A stretch of DNA of 49,845 bases from Eremomyces bilateralis CBS 781.70 (GCA_010015585.1 ML975166.1), one strand, 5' to 3'; positions 33,471-46,800 are shown, numbered from the stretch's first letter. A program made the numbers and translations. Notes: a model not told the origin generated them from the sequence alone.

Positions 33471-34170
33471 GCTTGCAATTTCAAGGCCGTCTTTCGGTCA
33501 CCTATATTGTGTCGAGCTTGGAGTCTTCAAACGGGGAAGGCGAAACGTATTGATAGTGGGAATGCCAATGGGGTGACAGGAAGTATTCCACATCTGCTGC
33601 TCCAGGTCTGCTATTGCATCGCGAAGTGGCTGGGGTTGCTCCGTATCAATATCAAGACCTGACGCCACAGCACATTCCCCGCCCACCACGCTGTGATCAC
33701 AACCACATTCACATATTATTAATAACAGTACTAGTAGATAATAATGGTGAATTTAATATGCATCTCGGAATTCGTGTTCATATCTGTACGCTCGTTGGGC
33801 TATATAAGAGGTCAGGAGTCATCACTATCCTTTGCGGGCTTGTAATTCGTCCACATTCTCAGCTACTATAGAATCTTCAGACCTAGGATGGCATATCTAC
33901 GACCGGATATCGTCACGGTGTGACACTGCCTACAAATCCCGATGCCAATAACGCTGGCGGTGCTTCTGGAGTCTTTGACCAAAGTCTGCAGTTTCATTTT
34001 TGCATCAACTGTTCCGAGCCATCGCCACCAGATAAAACGCCTTGGTGACGCCCCACTACCACTTTAGTCTAGACAGCGGGTTATAAATTCCTTATTTCAT
34101 CGCAAACCGTCTTTGTTTCTCATTCGGCCCGCTCATTGAGAGCCCAAGTCATCTTCAATCCTGGATCGCC

Positions 34171-35686
34171 ATGACGTCTAATGGCCTTGATCCCGATACA
34201 CAACTCGATGCGCCGAGTCCCGACATGGCGCGTCGACCACGAGGTCTATCTTGGAGGTCCAGCACCCAATTCATCGTGTTTACCATCGGGGCTGGGATGT
34301 TCTCCGATCTCTTTCTTTACTCCTTGATCGTCCCTGTAGTTCCGTTTCTGCTCGAGGATCGCATCAAAGTCCCTCAGTCCGAAGTTCAACAGCGTGTCTC
34401 CGAACTATTGGCGGTGTGTGCTGGGGCGCAGTTCATTTTCTCGCCCTTGGTGGGAATCTTTGCGGACAGAATGCGATCCCGACAGGTTCCTTTTCTTTTC
34501 GGCATCCTAGCCTTGGCAGGATCTACCGTTCTGTTTGCAGTTGCGCGGTCAATGCTTCTACTCATGGCGGCCAGAATACTGCAAGGCTTGAGTGGTGCCA
34601 TTGTATGGTCTATTGGTCTTGCTATGCTCGTCGAGACCGTTGGCCCATCGAAACTTGGGACAGCAATTGGTTGGGTAAGTTTGGCCAATGTCGAATCGAG
34701 GGTCATTGCTAACAGTGATTCGGCGCTAGATATTCAGCATTATTACCGCAGGGCCTCTCATTGCTCCGCCACTCGGTGGAATGTTATATAGAGCGGTCGG
34801 CTATGACGGAGTCTTTGGAGTCGGAGTCGCGGTCTTGGCGATCGATTTCCTGTTGCGACTGCTAGTCATAGAGCGCAAAGTAGCGATGCAATACGGAATC
34901 GTAGATGACGAAGAAAACGAAAGAGTCTGCGAAAGTCTGGACGACACAGATGAGACGCCACTGCTTGAGCGCCAGGTTGAAATCGAGGAGCAAGAGTTCC
35001 GGATAGCCCCGATATCGTCGCGAATCGTATCCACGGTACCAATATTGGCTTGCATGAAGAATTCTAGTCTCCTGACTGCCTTCTTCCTTGCCGCTGTCCA
35101 AGCTCTCTTTTTAGGCGCTTTCGACGCGACAGTTCCGACCACGGCAGAAAGATATTTTGGCTTTGATTCTCTCAAATCCGGTTTATTGTTCCTTCCTCTG
35201 AGCGCCATGGACCTTCTGGTAGGTCCATTTGCTGGAAGACTCGTGGACCGGAAAGGGTCAAAAGTTGTTGCAGTTGTTGGATACAGTGTGCTTGTCCCCG
35301 GTCATATCCTCCTGCGTCTAGTGCAACCACAAGCAGATGGTACCGATCAGGTTGCGTTATATTTCTGTCTCTTGGCCTGCATTGGTATCGGCATGGGCAT
35401 CATCAATGCGCCTGCTGTGACAGAAGCCAGTTCAGTGGTGGAGAAATACTTCAAATTCAACCCAACGGTATTTGGTGGCAAGAGTCCCTATGCTCAGCTT
35501 TATAGCATCAACTCCATGCTCTTTAGTCTTGGACTTACGGTTGGCCCTGTCTTGGCAGGATGTCTTACAAAAGCGATCAACTATGGGAACATGAATGCCA
35601 TTCTGGCGGGTGTAAGTGCTCTCGCAGCGGTTCTCTCATATCGTTATTTGAGAGGTGGGGTGCCGAAACGGAACCATTGTAAGTGA
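34171..35686 (+). CDS. MFS transporter (vesicular amine transporter-like / DHA1-type)
   Basis: Exons 34171-34674 and 34730-35686. WRSS..FIV.TI..GMFSDLFLYSLIVPVVPF, G.FADRMRSRQ.PF, ARILQGLSGAIVWSIGLAML.ETVG, PYAQLYSINS...LG.TVGP. Confidence 0.9.
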
Positions 35687-35928
35687 CATAGAACGACCAG
35701 CATGATCTCTCATCATGCGTACAAGACAAAATAGAAATACTTTGGCTGTCCTCAGCCACGCTGACCGTACTTTCATTCCGGTGTGTTCACATTATATCGT
35801 CTTTTGGCAACTGTTACGCGGTGTGCACCTGATAAATACGCCGGCATGCAAGTTGGAAGGACCCCAGACATGCTGCTGGGAGTCATCAGGCTCATAACGG
35901 CGTATCAACGCTGCAATCATTTTTGCGC

Positions 35929-36451
35929 TCATAACATCGTACCGCCGTGCCCGCTTGTTGGCTTTTTCTTATCAAAGATGTAGCCCCAGGATACAGGGTG
36001 TGCTGCCGAACCTGCGGGCATGGGGAACGGCGGTCTTCGGAGGTTGTGGGTGAAGAAAACTGGGTGTCTGGTTGCGCTGTCAAAGACTGGAGTGGTGATG
36101 GGCATGGTCGGTGGTTTTAATGAGGGCCGAAGTCCCGCATGATTTGGAAATGAGGCCGTATGAGGCACAGTCACCAGGTGACCGGAAGGATATGGAGGCA
36201 TGGCTTCGATCTGGCTCGAAGGTTGCTTTGTTCCAAGGGCGCTAGAGAACATGTTTGTCCGGCTGCTTGGATTTTGGTGTTGGGAGCCTTGCTGAGGCAA
36301 ATAATGCTCGTGTGATTGACGAATCTGTTGATAGACTGGAGGTGGAACCGGTTTATCGGACGGAACCTACATCGGGTATTAGATCATGATCAAATGGGGC
36401 GATAGCAAGCGTCCGTACCTTCGGTCGACGAGGTTGTAATGATGGAAGCAT
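35929..36451 (-). CDS. Hypothetical Pro-rich protein, ~156 aa
   Basis: ATG at 36451; exon 36451-36419, GT-AG intron 36418-36367 (GTACGG..CTAAT..TAG), then in frame with ORF 36300-35929. No recognisable domain. Confidence 0.45.
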
Positions 36452-37286
36452 TATGACGGGTAGCTATGCAGGGTACTTCTGTCGTTATAGTCGCTAAGAA
36501 CTATGAGAACGATTGCAAGAAATGGCGGACTTCATCAGCATTCTGCCCCTTCGCGAGTTGAACCGAGGTGAAGGGGAGTTGCAGGTGCGCACTGCCGTAG
36601 ACGTCATTCTCATTGTATGGAGGTAGACGTTTCGGGCGGGCCGTAGTAACCATTCAAGCAGCTCTAATTATCCCAGTTGAGCAACCTCAAAATTCAGATA
36701 ATAAATCAGTTTCAGAGGAATATCCGTAGGGTACAGTGCCTTCAGTACTGGCATCAGATAACTTTCGGATTCATTTCACATCCAAACCACGGTCAAATCT
36801 CCAATGCCTGGCCCTTGGATAAGTCCTGCAACGGTTGATAACATCCGCCCTGAAATATTGCGAATACTGGTAACGTATGGCACGAGTCTGTTGAAGAGCC
36901 CCGTTTCCCCAGCTCTCTCCAGTTCTCCTCAACGGGAATAACGCGTATTGGGATCCACATGGCTTCTCGGCATATATGTCTCCACAGAATCTCCTTTTAG
37001 GTACCGTCGATACCTCAGAATGCGGGGTTATAATGTGCGGACTGCGGAGGTGGTGAATAATCCAGAAGATCCCAATCAGTGTGGTCTCGGTTTTAAAGAG
37101 TCATGGAAGATAATTAGGATCTCATGGTATGCTTCGTAGATTTTGCGACGGCAATTTTCGGCAACCTCATCACATACAAAGGAAGCGTTGTGGGAGTTGT
37201 CGTTGGATAGCGCTCAACAGTGACCATTTTTGCATCCCTAGAATCAATATCGCTTCTGTATATTTAATGCCCTTCTTGTACCAGAG

Positions 37287-39246
37287 ATGGCGAATCCCGA
37301 AAGCAAGCATTATATCATTCCACGACCAAGGAATTGGTACAACTTCATCGTTGCGCTCTTCGTAGCTTTCGGGAGTCTCAGCTATGGATACGCCAGTTCG
37401 ATCAGCGCCGCAACGATAGGTTAGTTGTAAATCAAAAGACACGGATTAGACAGGACTAAAAGGGACAAGGACAACCTTCGTGGTATGACTATATGGGGCT
37501 AGAGCAAGACAGCTCATATACCAACTCGGTAAGTACCTGACCGTGAAGAAGAATCATACTGAACAGTGATTCTCATCTAGATCATCGGCGTTATTAATTG
37601 CATATACGCCGTCGGAGGTATGAAGAAGCGATAGCTGTACCTGATGAGCCGTCCTAAAATCGCCTAGGTGTCTTGGGATGCATCTACAATATGTGGGCTG
37701 CAGAATATTTCGGACGCAAGATCTCGATCCAAATGGCCTGTGTCATGGCGATCTTCGGCGCTGCTTTGATGACGGGATCGCAAAACGTTCCCATGTTTGT
37801 CGTGAGCCGTGTCATCATGGGCTTTGCCATCGGAATCCTGGTTACGCTTGTTCCACTGTATCAGTCTGAAGTGTCTCCAGCCGAGTCCCGTGGCCTCATG
37901 GTTGGCCTTCATGGGGTGCTCATTGGATTCTCGTACGCCCTGACGGGGCTTGTAAGCTACGCTTGCAGCTTTGCCCCCTACGGAGAGTTTCAATGGCGAT
38001 TCCCACTAGCGGTTCAGATGATCTGGCCTCTGATCCTCTTCATCGGGATGTTCTTTCTGCCGTACTCTCCTCGTTGGCTACTCAGCCAAGGCCGCGAAGA
38101 GGAGGCCTGGACTATCACCAAACGACTGCATGCAAGCAGACACGATCCAGAGGATTCGTACGCGCTGGCAGAATTCCGGCAAATGCGTGAGCAAATCGCG
38201 TTCGAGAAGACACAAAGCGCTGCCGGGCCATGGGCTCAGGCCAAATATGCTTGGAGTCGACCAAGCTTCCGGAAGCGGCTTGGCCTTGGTATCCTGGTTC
38301 AGGCAGGTAACCAAGCCACTGGCGCCCTCGTGATCAACAATTATCAGACGGTGTTTTATAACCGCTTAGGGATTAGCGGAAGATTACCATTGCTTCTGGT
38401 GGGCTGCTTCAATTTGATTACGGTACCAGGAAATCTGATAAACGGACTGCTTGTTGATCATGTGGGACGAAGGAAGTTTGTCTGTAGGTGACCACTTACG
38501 GCTGACAAAGACATCCACCACATTAAGCAGACATAGCTAACTTTTGAAGTGACTGGGATTGTGGCACTCACCATTATCGTCTCTGTTGAAGCGGCCTTGA
38601 CGGCCCGGTTTGCAGACACCGGATCGGACAACAAAGTCGGGCTTGGATTTGGAGTAGCCTTCATTTTCATGTTCCCCGTATTCTAGTAAGTCTATGCCTG
38701 TCATTGTAGTAGAGGAGAATACTAACCCCTCATAAGCTCCGTCTGCCTCGATGCCACCATGGTACGTAAAACCTTCTGGATGTAACATTTCATGGACTGA
38801 GACCCTTGATAGTATTTGATTCCGGCGGAAATATTCCCCATGATTATTCGATCGTTCGGCATATCCTTTAGCATCATGGGCCAATGGATCGCGACTGCTG
38901 TACTCCTCGGAGCCGCACCCACGGCATTCGAGAACATTAAATTCGGATTTTGGATCGTTTTGATTGCTGGAAGTGTCGTGTATGGGGTTCTAGTGTACTT
39001 TTTCTTGCCCGAGGTAAGTCCATGCTCCCACTTCGGTTCTGAGAAGTCGCTTGATGGGATAAGTACTGAACCTTGGGACAGACGAAAGGAATGACATTGG
39101 AGGACATCAGTATTCTCTTCGGTGACCCTGTCGAAGTAACATTCGCGAAAGCAATGGAGAAGTCAGAGAACACAACAGAAGGATATTCGCATGCCGAGGA
39201 AGGAGATTCCAAGGACAAACATCAAGCTTTAGGGGAAATATTCTAG
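37287..39246 (+). CDS. Sugar porter family MFS transporter, 8 exons
   Basis: Introns 37420-37469, 37529-37580, 37618-37667, 38484-38549, 38686-38736, 38762-38812, 39014-39081 keep the frame. Motifs FGSLSYGY, FGRK, PLYQSEVSPAESRG, WRFPLAVQ, PYSPRWL, QATG..VINNY, DHVGRR, PAEIFP..IRS, LPETKGMTLEDI..LFGD. Confidence 0.92.
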
Positions 39247-42200
39247 GCACCGGGCTAAGAACATCCATATCCAAGAAAGACACCGGAGGATTAATAGAAA
39301 GGATAAACGTGTCGTGATTGAATAACAGATCAGGAGCAGCAGGAAAACCACAACCCGGACGTCTAAATTCATGTTTCGATTATCAAGCAACTTCAAACGT
39401 CACTTCTCTTCATTAATAGATAACCTCATCCATGGCAATGGCTCAAGTTGCAAGATGTCAAAGACCTGAAATACAAAGAGGTTGAAGAGCTGAAGAGTTG
39501 TTTTGAAGAGTTGAAGCATGAAAGAGTTGGAGAGTGGAGGAACTGAGGGGTGGATGTGGATCAGGGGGCAGGAATCATAGCTTTCGCAAGGAATGTGAGC
39601 ACATGATTAAATGCAGGGTTCTGGTAATGGCTCTAGCTGCCACGTGAAAAAACCCTGTCCAGCCCTGCCACGTACCTATTTCAGTGCCACACCACACAGC
39701 CACACCCGTTCTGTCGGCGCCGGGCTGCGGGTCCGCCAGGCTAAGATTTTCACACACTTTGTTCGTTGATGCTTTGGCAGCTGGTGGTTACCTATCGCGA
39801 TACACCTAGTATTCAGGACTGCGCGGGTGTCTCTGACAGATACCCATTCCTGCGATTGGAAGCCAGAAGCAGTTTTCACAGGTGGCTCGACAGGAGACTG
39901 GCCCTGCTGAACCTCTTCGGCCGGAGCCTGGTCGTCCACTCCCAATTGGATATTTCAACGACCACCACCAGGCACCAGCAGAACTACCCCATTCCCTTTT
40001 TTCCTCTTCCTTTCGGTCGTTGCGGTTCTTCCCTTGCGCTTGTTGAGCAATGCAGATCAGCCGGTTAAGACGAAAATGAGGTTTCGGCAGCAAAGCACTG
40101 GCATCGAACAGCACAGCAGTCAATGAGTTGCAACAAAAAGAAAAATCCTTGGGCAGTGCCACATACGTTTGTCGACTACATCACAATCGCGAAACGAAAT
40201 CTTTGTTGTCGGTCACCACTCATGACTCAGGAGCCAGAGCGTGGAAATGATCATATCATCATGGGATCAACGCCTCCACGGAGCTTCCTGCGGACTCTTC
40301 CCTTTCCAGCCTAGCCAGGGGCAGGAGTGGCAAATTCGACGTCACCCGGCCGTTGAACCGGAGTTTAGTCCTGAGTACGGGTATTCCGCACTGAAACAGA
40401 GTTTCATGAGAACATGACTTACATAGTACTCCAGGTCTCCATCGTGTCCTTGATTTACTCCAGTGGTTCTCAAGGCTTAGTTCGTTGCGTTCTTTTGGAA
40501 AGTAGCTTCAACATCGGATGGAGGAGATGAGGAATAAGAAGAGGAAGGAATTAAAACTGACGTACCGATGTAGAATTGGGTTTTTCGAACCTTGTATTCT
40601 CAATATTGAGGTCGATTGTAGCCGGTTGAACAGCAATCGTTTGGCTGCAAAGCATATTGAAAGACTCTTACTACGGACAGGCCAATCCGTTTAAATTGTG
40701 ATCGAGGGATCGTTTATTCACCTCTTAGAAATCTCTTCCTTATTTCAGTGTGCGATGCTGCGGTTTCGTTCTTCGCCGTGGACTAGGGATCGACGACAGT
40801 GTTCATAATCGCGGTGCGACTATTTCCTAGATCTGCCTGTCCTAAGTCCTGACCCTTGATACCTGGGAGCAAGATTGGTAATTGCCGATAGATAAATGGT
40901 ATGCGATGCGCAAATGAGGGGAGCGGGAGAAGGTCCACGGAAGTCGGAATCTATCAAAGCGCCACCTGCATGACCACCCTAGATAGAAAAGGGGATAGAG
41001 TATAGGGTAAGTGGGTATCACAGGATTCCGTAATACTCCGTTATTGAGTCTTTCAGTAATAACTACTTACCGTGTGGCGTGTGCGGTGAAAAACATATTG
41101 GATGTTTCGGCCCGGGTCATCATGAAATTTCGCGATGAGATTGCTGTGTCCGTGTCTCCCTGATAGGCTGTCCCCCTGTGACCCCGTCGAGCTGTTCGAG
41201 GCTCTGCGGCCTATATTCTAGCCGGTGTTCGTACTTTCCAGGTTTCAACCATCGCCGATTCCCGTGTTACGGGTTGACATTGCGCGAAATTCAACAGACA
41301 GATTGACGTTGTGCCCCTAATTTCCCTTTCTCATGTACATGTAGCTGTTTTCTCCCCTGAGCTTACACGGTACGGTTGAACTGCCGACTGAAACCGATCA
41401 TCAGGAGGACAAATTACTGAACCAGTCCCTCGACAGCAAGAGAAGAAGTTTGAGATTTTCATGGCTATCCGCTACACAGACACGGCAACCAGGCGTGTGA
41501 TCAGCAATGGTGAGACAAGGGATCGCCGAAACATGGCGTCATGTCAGGTCCCGATAGCTGGTGTTGTTTGTTGGTGCATCTACTATAAGGATTTATTCTG
41601 AGAATCTCAATTCTTAATAGAAATACCACTAACTAGACCAAAAGAGATCATACTTGGGTGTAATCGGCATTCTTTTGGTTCTCTGACAAATGACAAATCT
41701 TAAGTCTCAATCCCCCTTAACTCATTCGACTACCCGCCCTTCTGGAGCCGCGTTTGACCATGACCATATTTGGCCATGGTATCCTCCGTAATTAGGTATC
41801 TCCTTGGTTATAGCAACTGGCCAAACGCGGCGTTGATACTTCTATTAGACTTGGACAGGAGGAATAATGCAAACTCTTTCATGTCGGATCAGTGATTTTC
41901 CTTTGGAGTTTGGACTGATGGAATGATGGCTGAAATTGCTGCTCAGCTTCAATTCCCCTTGATTCCCGTCGCCGTCAAAACCTCCAGTATCGGCCAATCC
42001 GGAGCGCCACATCGGCGGAACGGCGCTCGGTTAAGGAAATTCGGGCACCAGGGTAGGAGGCGTTCGGCTACGTACCCTGGGTGGTCGTTTACAGTGTAAG
42101 GCACGCTAGCAAAACGCGATATTACACTTTTCTTCGCACAATTCAGTCAGGTGGACAGGCCGGGGATGAATCATGAAAGAAGCCATTTGCGAATCCCCAT

Positions 42201-43798
42201 CGCGTATTCCGGACACCCGTACACATCTACAAGCCGGATGAACACGGGTAGGGATGTTTTTTTCTTATTCTTGAACTATTTTGTACTACGTAAAGCTGAC
42301 AGACCCTCTCCTACCAGCCAAGGCAGCACGATTTCCCCTGAAGCAGGGATGTAACACAGCCTCCCCTGCTGCACACCTGATGAATACCTTGATTTGTTTC
42401 CCGCTTCCGGTCTATTCTTCATAGTATCCTTCTTGACTGTTGACGATGGAGAATGTCAAATGTAACACGGGTGTCAACGCTTCTATTGACGTCGGGTATC
42501 GTACTCAAACGAACAAGAAATTTCATCGGTGCTATGCTTCTTGTCTACTCTTTCTGTGCCCATCCCAGTTGGAATCGGATCGACCGGAGTGACGATGGCT
42601 ATGAAGCGATCGACCATCGATGATGAAATCGATGCGCACAACCCAGTCAGTCTCGGAGAGGTTCACCGCCATCTTGACGGAAGCTGCCCGTCCTGGAGAA
42701 CGGATAATTTCTTGCAACAGGGAGTATTACTGTTCTGTATTCCGTACTATGTACACTTGGACATGCCGGCCACACTGCCTTTCTGTTCCGCCAGTGTTCC
42801 GTACAGTCCTCTATATCACGATTAACCACTGTTCGACGGGGCGCAACTATGATCCCCAGTTTGTGTGCAAGGTTGATATCGACAGATATTACTATGTATT
42901 TTCATGCATTGGTGATATTGGTGGCATGGGCGCCCACAAGCCGAGCCAAGAGCAACATATTACCCCAAACCCCTCCAAATGCCAGCCCCGCATAAAGGGG
43001 GTTTCGCTGGAACCCACGCTGACCAACTAACGACGGTGGCTTACGGCACGCATCAGCTTCGAATCTTCCATGCATTTTGCATGGCGCTTCCCTCCCATGC
43101 AGTTCCCAAGGAAATTGCTAGCAGGGGGATCCGGTGCTCAAGTGCCCATGAAAAACGACGGCTGAATCCACTCATCCACGAGGTGGTGAAATGACACTAA
43201 GACCTCCTTCTAAGGACTAAGAGTGACACTGCCTGCCAAGTGTCAAAGTACACAATTCGACTGCGTGGGAAGTGGAGCCTTTGGTAAACATGTTGCATGC
43301 AAATCTGCAACATCCGTCGCGGTGTGGCCTGTTCATCCTCCTGAGTCCTGAATCATCACCGAAAGTCCCGATCCCGACTCTGGTCATTACCGGTATTTTG
43401 CTTGGATCTTGGGGCCTTGGATAGGTAGGTTTAATGTCGTTGGATCGACCTGATCCTGTCGCTCCTTGTCACTCATTGTCGTAAACTCGTAATGGAGCCT
43501 TGTCACGGCCATAAATAATCCCATCACCCTCCCGTTCTTTCATCCATGTTCAACCTCACTTCGTTTCATTTACATCGCCAAGTCTAGTCGTCGGTCTCCG
43601 GCTATAGCTTTAATTGCCCTACAGTTATTTAATAGCGCTCTGCATTATTGCATATATATACTGCCACTCCTCAATCTTATCTCCTGGTCATCAGGTGTCA
43701 CCATTAAACCACAGTCCGATCCGAGTCTTCGCCTTTTCCTCACCACCATCCCCCACCTCCCATAGAGTAGAATATTTCTACTCCCACGACTCATCACA

Positions 43799-43876
43799 AT
43801 GCCTTCTGTCTCACATCTCCCTCCATCCCCGGGTCCGCCACCTAATCGACCCCTTCCTCCGGTCCCAGCCAAATAG
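43799..43876 (+). CDS. Candidate 25-aa proline-rich micropeptide MPSVSHLPPSPGPPPNRPLPPVPAK
   Basis: ATG in CACA-ATG context (A at -3). Preceded by TATA-like elements and a pyrimidine-rich leader; followed by 3'-UTR-like sequence. Encodes the RxxPxxP motif RPLPPVP. Confidence 0.5.
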   Translation: MPSVSHLPPSPGPPPNRPLPPVPAK

Positions 43877-46800
43877 ACCGAGAGGATTCAGGCAGACACT
43901 CCATGTCTCTTCCCTGAAGTCGAGACATTCAGATACCCACATGGCCCGACAGCACTCCATACATCTCTGACATCACGACCTTCTCGGGTATTGCGAATCC
44001 CCTTGAGTTCGCCGTGAGGTTAGAATCTTGGCTGTCGCAACCTATGGGACCTGGATCGTATCGGCCCCTCCTTCACACATCCGTCACGACGATCCATCCC
44101 ACGTCTTCTCCATCTTCGTTTTCGCACCGAATCTTTGATTTATCGACGATGAAGCCACGAAGCAGCGCGATTAGATCGACGAATCCTGTTGGGTTGGGTG
44201 ATAGGTCGCAATTCTACGGACGGCAGCCTGTTGTCGATTTGGTTGGGCCAGTGAAAGGTCCTCGTGCTCTACGATTCCACCTATCAACATTTCCCTCGCC
44301 CTGTTCATCTACGGCGGTTCACGTACTGGAGCCTTAATCGGTTCCTGCCATCAACATGCTCACCTACATATCCTACCTACCTCATTCATTTCGAGGCATC
44401 GGCATTCACGGCTGAAAAGTGTATGCCGCTTGTTGCTTATTTATCTTGCCTTGGTTTTTTTGCAGTGGACAAGGAGCGGAGTGGATCGGTTCTGATTGTA
44501 GCATGGGGAATAGATCAGGCTTTTTTCCTTTGGATTTTTGATACCACTACCCATGGAAAGGGTTGATTTCGGTTGGATGGGATCTGGTTTCGCTGGTACG
44601 AAACAAATGGAAATATACTGGTAATTATGGGTTTTTTTGGTGGAAGGGCTTTTGTCGTTCAGAAGGGAACTTTGCTCTCCTTGACATCCTGTCTAGGGAG
44701 ACGTTGAAGTGAATGTAATACTCTTATAACTCTCATGGTCTCGTATTCACTGTTTGATGACTGGCCCAACATGCTCGATCCTCTGTAAGCAGTTGCATTA
44801 CGTATGTAACCAAATAGTCTACCTGATCAGTGAAGGCGATCCACCTTATCGCATTATATTTGACAAACGCCAATTTTCCATAGTACGGTTGGCTCCCTGG
44901 CAGTATCACTGCACGTATGCTTCCGGTATGCTTTCGGTACTTGCAAGTTCGATAGCAATATACCCACATCTCGACTCTCAACCAGCTTCAACGAACCATG
45001 TTTCCTAGCGAATCGGGCCATACTGTCATATGGATATCACAGCAGTAGTGAGTAATCAGAACCGAACAGCACCCATGGAGCACCCATGGAACACCCATGG
45101 AGGCGTTAGCTCAGGCGAAGGAAGCCGAGCTCACAGGCTACTGTTACAGGGTACGATCAACGCCTCCATCATGCCGCTATTTATTCCGAGGCAGTATTTG
45201 GTGTCCAACTATCCACGGCAGCTGGCCCGAGGACGACCATGTTAACTAAGTAGTTAGCTATCCGCGACATCCGCCGGGCGGTGGTGATGCTCAGAATGGA
45301 AGCACACAATTTCCTCACCATCGTCTCGGATCAACCCGAGACGTTTCGCACAGTTACTCAATAGTCCTGTGTAAATAATATAAGATATTTGTATCGGAGA
45401 AATGCAAACATCCTATACCCTGACACCTCGCACCGACCGCCATGACGCCCTCGCGGAGACGAATGGCCTTGGAATCCTAGGAGATATGGATTGATGTCGA
45501 ATTCATGATGTTTGATAGGATCGAACATCAACAATCACTCGAGAGGATTGTTCACGATAATGGAGATTGCTGGTTTCAATTAGAACTTAGAAGCGACGCC
45601 TAATCCGAACGGATATGCTGCTCGGTCGCTCCGTTGCCAGGACTAGACTTGTGACAGCCAACAGAAGCCCGCAGTTCCGCACCCTTCCCTCTCCATTGGA
45701 TCGTAACTCCTAAGGCGATCACTTACCTGACAGATGTAGCAACTAGCAAGTGTATGCAGTATGCACCATGCAGGTGTCGGAAATCGGAATCAGTTGACCG
45801 GTAGCCGCTCGACCGCTCGGGCGCTCACACTCCTGGTAAGGGTCATCCCACGTCGCTTGGATGATTGAGAGTTGTCCTCTGTACCCCCACACGAAGCCGA
45901 GGTTGATTTGAGTGCCACGGACAAGGTCATGCCTTCGCCTTCTTGCCGTTTTCTCTCAAGCGTTATTCAAGAAAAAGGCTATTAGCTGCCCAATCCAGGA
46001 CGAGAATATGCCATACCGAAGTGCGGGCTCCGTGTCACTTAACGAACATTCTTCATGTAACCAAGGAAAATGATGGACTTGGTGTACGGATCGCTCTTCT
46101 CCTTTTACTCGATATCTGCCATTGATATGAGAGCACATGATTGCAATATGCATTTCCCCTTTCAATGGCCGACCACTGGCTTGGGAATATAAATGGCAAA
46201 GCTCGCCTAGAAACCTATATGGTAGCAGACCAACTGCAGGGCACCAAACAGAGCCTCTGGAATCTGGATAAACTGAATTCCCTAGTCCTTGCAAGAGCCT
46301 GGGTGTCTGCCATGCTCTTACTGTCCAGAAATCTCCCGAAGACACCACAAAAGCCGCCGCACACTTGTCTTAATTCTGTGAAGGCAACGAGTGTGGTTTG
46401 CCGGAGATAGCTTCCAAATGGTTGGTCGACGCAAGGCACCGGGTAATATACGCGATGAAGAAGAGGATTATTTGCATCTGATCCCCGACACTACACAGCA
46501 TTTAGGATGGATTCATGTTCGAGATGAATTTCTAACAGTCAGGTTTCAGGTGATGCCATGATGAAGAGGAAATGGGTCTGAGGCATCCGATATGGACATA
46601 TGGATTATGGACTCTGTCAGTATGCCAGTATGCCACTATGGACTATGGTAGTAGCAGCTGAGTCAGCTACGGACGCCACACATGGTGTTTATACTTCAGG
46701 CTTCCAGGCTACAACAAACGTGTGTGGCTGTGCTGAGACTCCTGAGAGGGCCCAGCTTCCGCATGGACCAGCCGCCACATGCCGCTTCCTGGCTCCATCT

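Noticed and set aside
42033..42047. GGAAATTCGG resembling the fungal RNase P RNA CR-I motif
   Set aside because: No complementary CR-V (CCGA-containing P4 partner) seen at a suitable distance downstream.
45718..45735. ACTTACCTG resembling the U1 snRNA 5' end
   Set aside because: No U1 stem-loop I/II motifs (GATCA.GAA, ATTGCAC) or Sm site follow.
46590..46650. Short TATGG/TATGCC repeats upstream of ERG9
   Set aside because: Low-complexity micro-duplications; no sterol-regulatory consensus I can support.
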